A stretch of DNA of 64,000 bases from Macrostomum lignano (lineage: Eukaryota): NCBI GenBank assembly GCA_002269645.1, contig NIVC01003059.1, positions 8,500 to 72,499 of the forward strand, in the 5' to 3' direction. The notes below the pieces were generated by a model. That model saw only the letters and a program-made list of their open reading frames with translations, ran no database searches and was not told where the DNA came from. Each line of letters starts with the position of its first letter. The stretch's first letter is position 1. Position numbers and translations under genes: made by a program. Positions 10,301-21,848 of this stretch are shown piece by piece.

Positions 10301-11008
10301 GAACTACCAAGCACCAAGACACTGGGTGTCACGTGGCAGAGTGAGCAGGACGAATTTACCTTTAAAGATGAAAACGAGTCGTGTCAGGTGACCACAAAAA
10401 GAGGTCTGCTGAAGAAGCTAGCGAGCGTCTTCGATCCACTTGGACTGATCTCCCCGTTTGTCGTGCAGGCGAAAATTCTGATGCAGGAGCTTTGGCAGTC
10501 AATCTGGTCAATTCTGAGGGAGACGGACGTCACCGATGAGGAGCTGCTAAGCGCGTTTGCTGGAGCAGAGGCACTTCTGAATTCAAGGCCGCTGACGTAC
10601 CAGACGGCGCATCCGAGTGATGATGTGCCGCTGACGCCGAATCACTTCCTTATCGGGCAAGTCGGCGGGAAGTTTGCACCGGAGGTCGACGCTGCCATCG
10701 CCCGCAGTCCTTCAAGAAGATGGCGTCACGTCCAGCAGCTGGTGTCGCAGATCTGGCGCCGGTGGTTGCGCGAGTGGCTGCCGGGACTCGCACCGCGGAG
10801 CAAGTGGCGCCGCGAGCTGCCTGACCTACAACCTGGAGACGTGGCGCTGCTGGTGAGCCCGGACTCGCCTCGGGGTCACTGGCCGCTGGCTCGCGTGCTG
10901 GAGGTCATGCGCGGTTCGGACGGTCACGTGAGAGTCGCCTCAATCAGAGTCGGTGATCGCACAATGACGAGACCAATAACAAAGTTGTGTCCAATATCTG
11001 CAGGTTAG
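7340..11008 (+). CDS. BEL/Pao Gag-Pol polyprotein (Gag, protease, RT, integrase C-terminal tail); RNase H and integrase core missing
   Basis: First ATG at 7340 (the track starts at GTG 7322). Three Cys-His motifs: CIVCQGDHELWSC, CFRCLGQGHLGSQC, CGISSCTKFHHRLLH. Protease ALLDDAS; RT KVRIVFDAS, DVAEMYLQI, FGVTSSPFLA, YMDD. The sequence ...FDPLGLISPFVVQAKILMQELWQ joins directly to the integrase tail EELLSAFAGAEALLNSRPL...WRRWLREWL...GHWPLARV. Confidence 0.93.
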   Translation: MDSDDANEQQQQEAQDDAGALRLEKLRFEKSRKKAAFTRCKNKLSWLLKTHASDDEVQVACDALSDLQDLVSAIQEELHEGYADAKDNERRQRLLDEMEETERDYQAAMQRVESARNRRLQRAKEAPPAASSSGENAAGDQEEAAGELHKLSGSAASSKGSNPKELSKDLWKMLKRVEIPTFSGEKQKYENWKAAFVACIDSAPATPEFKLLQLRQYLSGEALKVIEHLGHSAAAYEAAKERLEREFGGQRRQLALHLEELDSFPIVRNGNAKDLKSFANLLDVAVVNLEDAGKEAELQDGMLYVRLQKKLPEQMVASYRRWIFEQRKPESVRNLRIWVLQEAEFQTEASEIVQGVATMQQERQKREQRPKTFVTTDSDKKVQRKICIVCQGDHELWSCSEFKELPVEKRWDAAQSSKCCFRCLGQGHLGSQCRRGRRCGISSCTKFHHRLLHAEKVLAKSGEAKQTASKDAKSASSSGKTGPVTLLSAGETAISLRTVPVVLRNGSRKLKVNALLDDASTRSYVNIGIAEALGVHGALEKVKVGVINGQTETFMTAPVCFSLESLDGQTSSMIVAFTADHVTGSLKGVDWHEEAQQWPHLRNVPFPKLCEPAVVDLLIGADHPDLHVSLKEIVGQPLEPKARLTPLGWTCIGRTEQDNSEMQNAHFAATFFSCDSESGQVAKILRQFWEIENVSEGANRSPLTADEERAVQQAKSSLKYTKGRYQIGIPWKKDRLAPAGTFSMALKRLKNTEQRLIKDMNVCKQYQEILEKYEQQGYIRKVSQAETEGRCFLPHFPVLRPDKATTKVRIVFDASAARLNDQILQGPKLQRDLVDVLLRFRRHPIAIACDVAEMYLQIEMDPKDRPLHSFLWRDADPSKQPDVYEFNRVVFGVTSSPFLAQFVTRCHAEKSKGELPEAAETVLHSTYMDDSLDSAPTEAAACRLYDQLSELWRRAGMHARKWVSNSRAVLDRIPPEDRAAEVTLDSKELPSTKTLGVTWQSEQDEFTFKDENESCQVTTKRGLLKKLASVFDPLGLISPFVVQAKILMQELWQSIWSILRETDVTDEELLSAFAGAEALLNSRPLTYQTAHPSDDVPLTPNHFLIGQVGGKFAPEVDAAIARSPSRRWRHVQQLVSQIWRRWLREWLPGLAPRSKWRRELPDLQPGDVALLVSPDSPRGHWPLARVLEVMRGSDGHVRVASIRVGDRTMTRPITKLCPISAG

Positions 11009-11722
11009 TTTGCGAACCTTTGCTAGAGAATTAGACTTTGTCAGGTTTCGCAATTTTTCTGATGAGTTGTTCAATTTTCCTGTTTGTTGCATTGTTCGTA
11101 AAGTCTTCTTTCCCTTTCATGCTAATAGGAATCACCCTGTTTTTGCCGTCTTAACCCAATTTTCGCTTTCAGTGTTCAACGCGATTAACATTCATTATTT
11201 AGCTATTTATTTTCTTGCGTGAATTTTTGCTGAATAGCAGTCGTTACGGTTTAGTGAATTTGTCGGCAAGTTTGTCTTTTGCGTTTTTTGAGTTTTTTAC
11301 GAGCGATGTTTGCATTATTTGAGCTCTACTTAATATTGCTTGATTTTCTGCGCTTAGAAGTACCATAGTTTATGCGCCAGTTCCGACCTTTTGATAGCCC
11401 AATGCTTACAATTGTTGTTTCAGTTTTTGTTTCAGTTGCGTTTGGTGGCGGAAGTCTGCGTTCGTGTTCAATTTTGAAATTTTATATGATAGCTGACGTA
11501 CTTCTGCAAAATTTTCGATTGTCATCTACGATCTGCGTACTTATCTTCACCTTTTTCTCTATTTTTCTACCATTCACAATGTCGCCATCAATGTTTCATG
11601 CAACGTTGTTTTTTTGCTTTTTGAGTTCGATTTTGTATCACGCATCGTTTTCGAATATTTTCCTATTACCGTATTCGTTTTCATTGTTTCATCCCTCGAA
11701 TAGTTTTTGTCATTGTTATGCC

Positions 11723-11735
11723 AAGGTGGGGGGTA
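11723..11735 (+). other. Polypurine tract
   Basis: AAGGTGGGGGGTA immediately before the 3' LTR. Confidence 0.8.
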
Positions 11736-12020
11736 TGTTTGGGAGGTAGATTAGTAGCATTGATTTTCTTTCCAATTCCACTGCGTGATTTAATGTACGT
11801 GTTTATTATTCAATTTTCTATGTACGCTGATTTAGCCCAGGCCCATCTCACCCACCCCCTCCACGCTGGCTGATTCTGACTGACTGCAATAAATATATCA
11901 TCGAGAGGGCTTATTAGCCCTGTGTACGGTTTACGCTTTTCGTTTTGTTAGCGTCTCGCTTGAGCCTCAGCTCCAAAATAGTTATTGGCGGACCATCGGT
12001 CTTTTCATTTCTATAGTACA
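11736..12020 (+). repeat. 3' LTR (285 bp)
   Basis: Matches the 5' LTR by eye except C5 versus C6 in one homopolymer. Confidence 0.96.
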
Positions 12021-12553
12021 CCAGCTGCTGCATGCATTAATACTTAGGCCCAGGCCCACTAATCCGCCCGCGCCCGCCAACTGGATTGGATGCTGCTTGA
12101 ATTTTTACCATACGGGCATACGGCATAGGTGTCTGCTGATTCCTTCCTTTCGAGTTCCACTCCACTCTATCAAGTCAAGGGATTCGATTCGCGTTTCATA
12201 TTTTGTATGCGCACTTTGCATTTGCACGCGGTAACGCTAATGCACTTATGCACTGTGTATTAATAGTTTTACGAGTATCTCCATTTCTCACATGGGAATT
12301 TTACTTGATTTATAGCCATCAATCAATCAACTAGGAGGCGCGTTTGTGTGCACACTTTCTAAACATGTCGGCTAAAAGAAAGAAAGAAACTTTTTCGCGC
12401 AGCTCTTTTCAAGCTCTAGTGCAAAATAATGCTGCACTAGTCGGCAAAACTTACTTGGAGTAGATAAAGTTCAACAAAATAATTTGCCCTAGGGCTCGAG
12501 GCTCAAACGGAGAGCTGTGCACTCAGTGAGAGCCGGTTCCAGCTCGTCTCTTT

Positions 12554-12664
12554 GCCGTATCGACGGTCTCTTACTGCGAAGACTCTTAATTTTGCATGGT
12601 AAGACACCGCGTGGATCCAATTGAGCGATCTACTCAATTTTTGACAAGCCGCGCTACCGCGGCT
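12554..12664 (+). ncRNA. SL RNA copy 5
   Basis: As copy 4. Confidence 0.9.
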
Positions 12665-13505
12665 GCCTAACAAAGCTAAAGACAACATCAATTAATTATA
12701 GTTGGTTGATTGTAATTCTGGATTTAGCGTGTCCTACTAATTATTTTAAACTAAATATTCTATTTACCCGCAAGTTGTAAATTAGTTGTTGCACCATTAT
12801 AGCATAGCATGATATAGCGCGCATATGCATCGCGGTGTACAGAGGCTATACTAGGCTATACTAGATCTCTTCGAGTTGCAATAATCAAATGTAATTTCTT
12901 AGATCGCTCTATGCGTGCGGATGTGCATATGTACATGTACAACTTTGTTGATGGCGCCAACAATGAATTATACTCAGCAACATTGAAAAGTCGCCATCAC
13001 AGAAGATTCCGTCTGTGGTCGCCACTTTTGAGAGAGTGCAGGTAAAGTCTCTCTCAATATTTGCGAGCGACGCAACTCAGCTACGCCACGGCAGACTTGA
13101 GTTGAGGAATGGAGTGGGGGAGCGGTGTGCGAGGTTTGGACGGATCAAAGCTACCCCGATCAGTTTTTCTGGCATCTTTTATTTCAGAATAGTCCAAGAC
13201 AAATTGATCACTGGCGCATAGAGTGGCGACTTTTCAATGTTGCTGAGTATACAGAGTCAAGCTGGACTGTACGCGTTACTGTTTGCGTTGAGCTAGTTAG
13301 GTTGACTTTGACTTGACTGCAAATCACCACTATAGTTCACTATATACTACGAGCGCGGTAAATCCGTCCGCATTACTAATTATATATTACAATAATTAGA
13401 GTATAGACGAGAGGCGGCCCACACAATTGATCCGTACCGTATGGTCCGTATATACATGTAGCTGCAGGTTCAGGTTAATTATGAGCTCAGCTCCTATCAG
13501 CCAGT

Positions 13506-13624
13506 GGCAACGGCCATACCACGTTGAAAACACCGGTTCTCGTCTGATCACCGAAGTTAAGCAACGTTGGGTTTGGTTAGTACTTGGATGGGTGACCGCC
13601 TGGGAATACCAAATGCTGTTGTCT
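13506..13624 (+). rRNA. 5S rRNA: 5S rRNA copy 6
   Basis: Matches reference; overlapping ORF translation identical. Confidence 0.97.
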
Positions 13625-14200
13625 TTTTTGCCTCTTTAACTGCATGCCGCGCGCTCATCAACTAACTCCAGCTGCTGCATGCATTAATACTTAGGCCCAG
13701 GCCCACTAATCCGCCCGCGCCCGCCAACTGGATTGGATGCTGCTTGAATTTTTACCATACGGGCATACGGCATAGGTGTCTGCTGATTCCTTCCTTTCGA
13801 GTTCCACTCCACTCTATCAAGTCAAGGGATTCGATTCGCGTTTCATATTTTGTATGCGCACTTTGCATTTGCACGCGGTAACGCTAATGCACTTATGCAC
13901 TGTGTATTAATAGTTTTACGAGTATCTCCATTTCTCACATGGGAATTTTACTTGATTTATAGCCATCAATCAATCAACTAGGAGGCGCGTTTGTGTGCAC
14001 ACTTTCTAAACATGTCGGCTAAAAGAAAGAAAGAAACTTTTTCGCGCAGCTCTTTTCAAGCTCTAGTGCAAAATAATGCTGCACTAGTCGGCAAAACTTA
14101 CTTGGAGTAGATAAAGTTCAACAAAATAATTTGCCCTAGGGCTCGAGGCTCAAACGGAGAGCTGTGCACTCAGTGAGAGCCGGTTCCAGCTCGTCTCTTT

Positions 14201-14311
14201 GCCGTATCGACGGTCTCTTACTGCGAAGACTCTTAATTTTGCATGGTAAGACACCGCGTGGATCCAATTGAGCGATCTACTCAATTTTTGACAAGCCGCG
14301 CTACCGCGGCT
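14201..14311 (+). ncRNA. SL RNA copy 6
   Basis: As copy 4. Confidence 0.9.
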
Positions 14312-15152
14312 GCCTAACAAAGCTAAAGACAACATCAATTAATTATAGTTGGTTGATTGTAATTCTGGATTTAGCGTGTCCTACTAATTATTTTAAACTA
14401 AATATTCTATTTACCCGCAAGTTGTAAATTAGTTGTTGCACCATTATAGCATAGCATGATATAGCGCGCATATGCATCGCGGTGTACAGAGGCTATACTA
14501 GGCTATACTAGATCTCTTCGAGTTGCAATAATCAAATGTAATTTCTTAGATCGCTCTATGCGTGCGGATGTGCATATGTACATGTACAACTTTGTTGATG
14601 GCGCCAACAATGAATTATACTCAGCAACATTGAAAAGTCGCCATCACAGAAGATTCCGTCTGTGGTCGCCACTTTTGAGAGAGTGCAGGTAAAGTCTCTC
14701 TCAATATTTGCGAGCGACGCAACTCAGCTACGCCACGGCAGACTTGAGTTGAGGAATGGAGTGGGGGAGCGGTGTGCGAGGTTTGGACGGATCAAAGCTA
14801 CCCCGATCAGTTTTTCTGGCATCTTTTATTTCAGAATAGTCCAAGACAAATTGATCACTGGCGCATAGAGTGGCGACTTTTCAATGTTGCTGAGTATACA
14901 GAGTCAAGCTGGACTGTACGCGTTACTGTTTGCGTTGAGCTAGTTAGGTTGACTTTGACTTGACTGCAAATCACCACTATAGTTCACTATATACTACGAG
15001 CGCGGTAAATCCGTCCGCATTACTAATTATATATTACAATAATTAGAGTATAGACGAGAGGCGGCCCACACAATTGATCCGTACCGTATGGTCCGTATAT
15101 ACATGTAGCTGCAGGTTCAGGTTAATTATGAGCTCAGCTCCTATCAGCCAGT

Positions 15153-15271
15153 GGCAACGGCCATACCACGTTGAAAACACCGGTTCTCGTCTGATCACCG
15201 AAGTTAAGCAACGTTGGGTTTGGTTAGTACTTGGATGGGTGACCGCCTGGGAATACCAAATGCTGTTGTCT
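15153..15271 (+). rRNA. 5S rRNA: 5S rRNA copy 7
   Basis: Matches reference; overlapping ORF translation identical. Confidence 0.97.
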
Positions 15272-15847
15272 TTTTTGCCTCTTTAACTGCATGCCGCGCG
15301 CTCATCAACTAACTCCAGCTGCTGCATGCATTAATACTTAGGCCCAGGCCCACTAATCCGCCCGCGCCCGCCAACTGGATTGGATGCTGCTTGAATTTTT
15401 ACCATACGGGCATACGGCATAGGTGTCTGCTGATTCCTTCCTTTCGAGTTCCACTCCACTCTATCAAGTCAAGGGATTCGATTCGCGTTTCATATTTTGT
15501 ATGCGCACTTTGCATTTGCACGCGGTAACGCTAATGCACTTATGCACTGTGTATTAATAGTTTTACGAGTATCTCCATTTCTCACATGGGAATTTTACTT
15601 GATTTATAGCCATCAATCAATCAACTAGGAGGCGCGTTTGTGTGCACACTTTCTAAACATGTCGGCTAAAAGAAAGAAAGAAACTTTTTCGCGCAGCTCT
15701 TTTCAAGCTCTAGTGCAAAATAATGCTGCACTAGTCGGCAAAACTTACTTGGAGTAGATAAAGTTCAACAAAATAATTTGCCCTAGGGCTCGAGGCTCAA
15801 ACGGAGAGCTGTGCACTCAGTGAGAGCCGGTTCCAGCTCGTCTCTTT

Positions 15848-15958
15848 GCCGTATCGACGGTCTCTTACTGCGAAGACTCTTAATTTTGCATGGTAAGACA
15901 CCGCGTGGATCCAATTGAGCGATCTACTCAATTTTTGACAAGCCGCGCTACCGCGGCT
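15848..15958 (+). ncRNA. SL RNA copy 7
   Basis: As copy 4. Confidence 0.9.
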
Positions 15959-16799
15959 GCCTAACAAAGCTAAAGACAACATCAATTAATTATAGTTGGT
16001 TGATTGTAATTCTGGATTTAGCGTGTCCTACTAATTATTTTAAACTAAATATTCTATTTACCCGCAAGTTGTAAATTAGTTGTTGCACCATTATAGCATA
16101 GCATGATATAGCGCGCATATGCATCGCGGTGTACAGAGGCTATACTAGGCTATACTAGATCTCTTCGAGTTGCAATAATCAAATGTAATTTCTTAGATCG
16201 CTCTATGCGTGCGGATGTGCATATGTACATGTACAACTTTGTTGATGGCGCCAACAATGAATTATACTCAGCAACATTGAAAAGTCGCCATCACAGAAGA
16301 TTCCGTCTGTGGTCGCCACTTTTGAGAGAGTGCAGGTAAAGTCTCTCTCAATATTTGCGAGCGACGCAACTCAGCTACGCCACGGCAGACTTGAGTTGAG
16401 GAATGGAGTGGGGGAGCGGTGTGCGAGGTTTGGACGGATCAAAGCTACCCCGATCAGTTTTTCTGGCATCTTTTATTTCAGAATAGTCCAAGACAAATTG
16501 ATCACTGGCGCATAGAGTGGCGACTTTTCAATGTTGCTGAGTATACAGAGTCAAGCTGGACTGTACGCGTTACTGTTTGCGTTGAGCTAGTTAGGTTGAC
16601 TTTGACTTGACTGCAAATCACCACTATAGTTCACTATATACTACGAGCGCGGTAAATCCGTCCGCATTACTAATTATATATTACAATAATTAGAGTATAG
16701 ACGAGAGGCGGCCCACACAATTGATCCGTACCGTATGGTCCGTATATACATGTAGCTGCAGGTTCAGGTTAATTATGAGCTCAGCTCCTATCAGCCAGT

Positions 16800-16918
16800 G
16801 GCAACGGCCATACCACGTTGAAAACACCGGTTCTCGTCTGATCACCGAAGTTAAGCAACGTTGGGTTTGGTTAGTACTTGGATGGGTGACCGCCTGGGAA
16901 TACCAAATGCTGTTGTCT
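16800..16918 (+). rRNA. 5S rRNA: 5S rRNA copy 8
   Basis: Matches reference; overlapping ORF translation identical. Confidence 0.97.
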
Positions 16919-17493
16919 TTTTTGCCTCTTTAACTGCATGCCGCGCGCTCATCAACTAACTCCAGCTGCTGCATGCATTAATACTTAGGCCCAGGCCCAC
17001 TAATCCGCCCGCGCCCGCCAACTGGATTGGATGCTGCTTGAATTTTTACCATACGGGCATACGGCATAGGTGTCTGCTGATTCCTTCCTTTCGAGTTCCA
17101 CTCCACTCTATAAGTCAAGGGATTCGATTCGCGTTTCATATTTTGTATGCGCACTTTGCATTTGCACGCGGTAACGCTAATGCACTTATGCACTGTGTAT
17201 TAATAGTTTTACGAGTATCTCCATTTCTCACATGGGAATTTTACTTGATTTATAGCCATCAATCAATCAACTAGGAGGCGCGTTTGTGTGCACACTTTCT
17301 AAACATGTCGGCTAAAAGAAAGAAAGAAACTTTTTCGCGCAGCTCTTTTCAAGCTCTAGTGCAAAATAATGCTGCACTAGTCGGCAAAACTTACTTGGAG
17401 TAGATAAAGTTCAACAAAATAATTTGCCCTAGGGCTCGAGGCTCAAACGGAGAGCTGTGCACTCAGTGAGAGCCGGTTCCAGCTCGTCTCTTT

Positions 17494-17604
17494 GCCGTAT
17501 CGACGGTCTCTTACTGCGAAGACTCTTAATTTTGCATGGTAAGACACCGCGTGGATCCAATTGAGCGATCTACTCAATTTTTGACAAGCCGCGCTACCGC
17601 GGCT
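17494..17604 (+). ncRNA. SL RNA copy 8
   Basis: As copy 4. Confidence 0.9.
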
Positions 17605-18445
17605 GCCTAACAAAGCTAAAGACAACATCAATTAATTATAGTTGGTTGATTGTAATTCTGGATTTAGCGTGTCCTACTAATTATTTTAAACTAAATATTC
17701 TATTTACCCGCAAGTTGTAAATTAGTTGTTGCACCATTATAGCATAGCATGATATAGCGCGCATATGCATCGCGGTGTACAGAGGCTATACTAGGCTATA
17801 CTAGATCTCTTCGAGTTGCAATAATCAAATGTAATTTCTTAGATCGCTCTATGCGTGCGGATGTGCATATGTACATGTACAACTTTGTTGATGGCGCCAA
17901 CAATGAATTATACTCAGCAACATTGAAAAGTCGCCATCACAGAAGATTCCGTCTGTGGTCGCCACTTTTGAGAGAGTGCAGGTAAAGTCTCTCTCAATAT
18001 TTGCGAGCGACGCAACTCAGCTACGCCACGGCAGACTTGAGTTGAGGAATGGAGTGGGGGAGCGGTGTGCGAGGTTTGGACGGATCAAAGCTACCCCGAT
18101 CAGTTTTTCTGGCATCTTTTATTTCAGAATAGTCCAAGACAAATTGATCACTGGCGCATAGAGTGGCGACTTTTCAATGTTGCTGAGTATACAGAGTCAA
18201 GCTGGACTGTACGCGTTACTGTTTGCGTTGAGCTAGTTAGGTTGACTTTGACTTGACTGCAAATCACCACTATAGTTCACTATATACTACGAGCGCGGTA
18301 AATCCGTCCGCATTACTAATTATATATTACAATAATTAGAGTATAGACGAGAGGCGGCCCACACAATTGATCCGTACCGTATGGTCCGTATATACATGTA
18401 GCTGCAGGTTCAGGTTAATTATGAGCTCAGCTCCTATCAGCCAGT

Positions 18446-18564
18446 GGCAACGGCCATACCACGTTGAAAACACCGGTTCTCGTCTGATCACCGAAGTTAA
18501 GCAACGTTGGGTTTGGTTAGTACTTGGATGGGTGACCGCCTGGGAATACCAAATGCTGTTGTCT
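18446..18564 (+). rRNA. 5S rRNA: 5S rRNA copy 9
   Basis: Matches reference; overlapping ORF translation identical. Confidence 0.97.
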
Positions 18565-19140
18565 TTTTTGCCTCTTTAACTGCATGCCGCGCGCTCATCA
18601 ACTAACTCCAGCTGCTGCATGCATTAATACTTAGGCCCAGGCCCACTAATCCGCCCGCGCCCGCCAACTGGATTGGATGCTGCTTGAATTTTTACCATAC
18701 GGGCATACGGCATAGGTGTCTGCTGATTCCTTCCTTTCGAGTTCCACTCCACTCTATCAAGTCAAGGGATTCGATTCGCGTTTCATATTTTGTATGCGCA
18801 CTTTGCATTTGCACGCGGTAACGCTAATGCACTTATGCACTGTGTATTAATAGTTTTACGAGTATCTCCATTTCTCACATGGGAATTTTACTTGATTTAT
18901 AGCCATCAATCAATCAACTAGGAGGCGCGTTTGTGTGCACACTTTCTAAACATGTCGGCTAAAAGAAAGAAAGAAACTTTTTCGCGCAGCTCTTTTCAAG
19001 CTCTAGTGCAAAATAATGCTGCACTAGTCGGCAAAACTTACTTGGAGTAGATAAAGTTCAACAAAATAATTTGCCCTAGGGCTCGAGGCTCAAACGGAGA
19101 GCTGTGCACTCAGTGAGAGCCGGTTCCAGCTCGTCTCTTT

Positions 19141-19251
19141 GCCGTATCGACGGTCTCTTACTGCGAAGACTCTTAATTTTGCATGGTAAGACACCGCGTG
19201 GATCCAATTGAGCGATCTACTCAATTTTTGACAAGCCGCGCTACCGCGGCT
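19141..19251 (+). ncRNA. SL RNA copy 9
   Basis: As copy 4. Confidence 0.9.
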
Positions 19252-20092
19252 GCCTAACAAAGCTAAAGACAACATCAATTAATTATAGTTGGTTGATTGT
19301 AATTCTGGATTTAGCGTGTCCTACTAATTATTTTAAACTAAATATTCTATTTACCCGCAAGTTGTAAATTAGTTGTTGCACCATTATAGCATAGCATGAT
19401 ATAGCGCGCATATGCATCGCGGTGTACAGAGGCTATACTAGGCTATACTAGATCTCTTCGAGTTGCAATAATCAAATGTAATTTCTTAGATCGCTCTATG
19501 CGTGCGGATGTGCATATGTACATGTACAACTTTGTTGATGGCGCCAACAATGAATTATACTCAGCAACATTGAAAAGTCGCCATCACAGAAGATTCCGTC
19601 TGTGGTCGCCACTTTTGAGAGAGTGCAGGTAAAGTCTCTCTCAATATTTGCGAGCGACGCAACTCAGCTACGCCACGGCAGACTTGAGTTGAGGAATGGA
19701 GTGGGGGAGCGGTGTGCGAGGTTTGGACGGATCAAAGCTACCCCGATCAGTTTTTCTGGCATCTTTTATTTCAGAATAGTCCAAGACAAATTGATCACTG
19801 GCGCATAGAGTGGCGACTTTTCAATGTTGCTGAGTATACAGAGTCAAGCTGGACTGTACGCGTTACTGTTTGCGTTGAGCTAGTTAGGTTGACTTTGACT
19901 TGACTGCAAATCACCACTATAGTTCACTATATACTACGAGCGCGGTAAATCCGTCCGCATTACTAATTATATATTACAATAATTAGAGTATAGACGAGAG
20001 GCGGCCCACACAATTGATCCGTACCGTATGGTCCGTATATACATGTAGCTGCAGGTTCAGGTTAATTATGAGCTCAGCTCCTATCAGCCAGT

Positions 20093-20211
20093 GGCAACGG
20101 CCATACCACGTTGAAAACACCGGTTCTCGTCTGATCACCGAAGTTAAGCAACGTTGGGTTTGGTTAGTACTTGGATGGGTGACCGCCTGGGAATACCAAA
20201 TGCTGTTGTCT
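20093..20211 (+). rRNA. 5S rRNA: 5S rRNA copy 10
   Basis: Matches reference; overlapping ORF translation identical. Confidence 0.97.
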
Positions 20212-20786
20212 TTTTTGCCTCTTTAACTGCATGCCGCGCGCTCATCAACTAACTCCAGCTGCTGCATGCATTAATACTTAGGCCCAGGCCCACTAATCCG
20301 CCCGCGCCCGCCAACTGGATTGGATGCTGCTTGAATTTTTACCATACGGGCATACGGCATAGGTGTCTGCTGATTCCTTCCTTTCGAGTTCCACTCCACT
20401 CTATAAGTCAAGGGATTCGATTCGCGTTTCATATTTTGTATGCGCACTTTGCATTTGCACGCGGTAACGCTAATGCACTTATGCACTGTGTATTAATAGT
20501 TTTACGAGTATCTCCATTTCTCACATGGGAATTTTACTTGATTTATAGCCATCAATCAATCAACTAGGAGGCGCGTTTGTGTGCACACTTTCTAAACATG
20601 TCGGCTAAAAGAAAGAAAGAAACTTTTTCGCGCAGCTCTTTTCAAGCTCTAGTGCAAAATAATGCTGCACTAGTCGGCAAAACTTACTTGGAGTAGATAA
20701 AGTTCAACAAAATAATTTGCCCTAGGGCTCGAGGCTCAAACGGAGAGCTGTGCACTCAGTGAGAGCCGGTTCCAGCTCGTCTCTTT

Positions 20787-20897
20787 GCCGTATCGACGGT
20801 CTCTTACTGCGAAGACTCTTAATTTTGCATGGTAAGACACCGCGTGGATCCAATTGAGCGATCTACTCAATTTTTGACAAGCCGCGCTACCGCGGCT
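20787..20897 (+). ncRNA. SL RNA copy 10
   Basis: As copy 4. Confidence 0.9.
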
Positions 20898-21738
20898 GCC
20901 TAACAAAGCTAAAGACAACATCAATTAATTATAGTTGGTTGATTGTAATTCTGGATTTAGCGTGTCCTACTAATTATTTTAAACTAAATATTCTATTTAC
21001 CCGCAAGTTGTAAATTAGTTGTTGCACCATTATAGCATAGCATGATATAGCGCGCATATGCATCGCGGTGTACAGAGGCTATACTAGGCTATACTAGATC
21101 TCTTCGAGTTGCAATAATCAAATGTAATTTCTTAGATCGCTCTATGCGTGCGGATGTGCATATGTACATGTACAACTTTGTTGATGGCGCCAACAATGAA
21201 TTATACTCAGCAACATTGAAAAGTCGCCATCACAGAAGATTCCGTCTGTGGTCGCCACTTTTGAGAGAGTGCAGGTAAAGTCTCTCTCAATATTTGCGAG
21301 CGACGCAACTCAGCTACGCCACGGCAGACTTGAGTTGAGGAATGGAGTGGGGGAGCGGTGTGCGAGGTTTGGACGGATCAAAGCTACCCCGATCAGTTTT
21401 TCTGGCATCTTTTATTTCAGAATAGTCCAAGACAAATTGATCACTGGCGCATAGAGTGGCGACTTTTCAATGTTGCTGAGTATACAGAGTCAAGCTGGAC
21501 TGTACGCGTTACTGTTTGCGTTGAGCTAGTTAGGTTGACTTTGACTTGACTGCAAATCACCACTATAGTTCACTATATACTACGAGCGCGGTAAATCCGT
21601 CCGCATTACTAATTATATATTACAATAATTAGAGTATAGACGAGAGGCGGCCCACACAATTGATCCGTACCGTATGGTCCGTATATACATGTAGCTGCAG
21701 GTTCAGGTTAATTATGAGCTCAGCTCCTATCAGCCAGT

Positions 21739-21848
21739 GGCAACGGCCATACCACGTTGAAAACACCGGTTCTCGTCTGATCACCGAAGTTAAGCAACGT
21801 TGGGTTTGGTTAGTACTTGGATGGGTGACCGCCTGGGAATACCAAATG
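21739..21848 (+). pseudogene. 5S copy 11, 3'-truncated
   Basis: Ends at +110. A 22-bp deletion (CTGTTGTCTTTTTTGCCTCTTT) removes the 3' strand of helix I and the T6 terminator. Confidence 0.9.

Larger units (their letters stand above)
6968..12020 (+). mobile_element. BEL/Pao LTR retrotransposon, internally deleted (non-autonomous)
   Basis: TG...CA LTRs at both ends, 5-bp TSD CCAGC (6963-6967 and 12021-12025), PBS, PPT and a single gag-pol ORF with BEL/Pao signatures. Confidence 0.96.

Noticed and set aside
7288-10856. Alternative-frame and antisense ORFs within the two transposons (also 21972-26282)
   Set aside because: They are shadows of GC-rich coding sequence and contain no motifs of their own.
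11010-11749. Phe-rich ORFs after pol, considered as a possible env gene
   Set aside because: They are by-products of a T-rich 3' untranslated region, with no credible signal, fusion or cleavage motifs. The second runs into the LTR.
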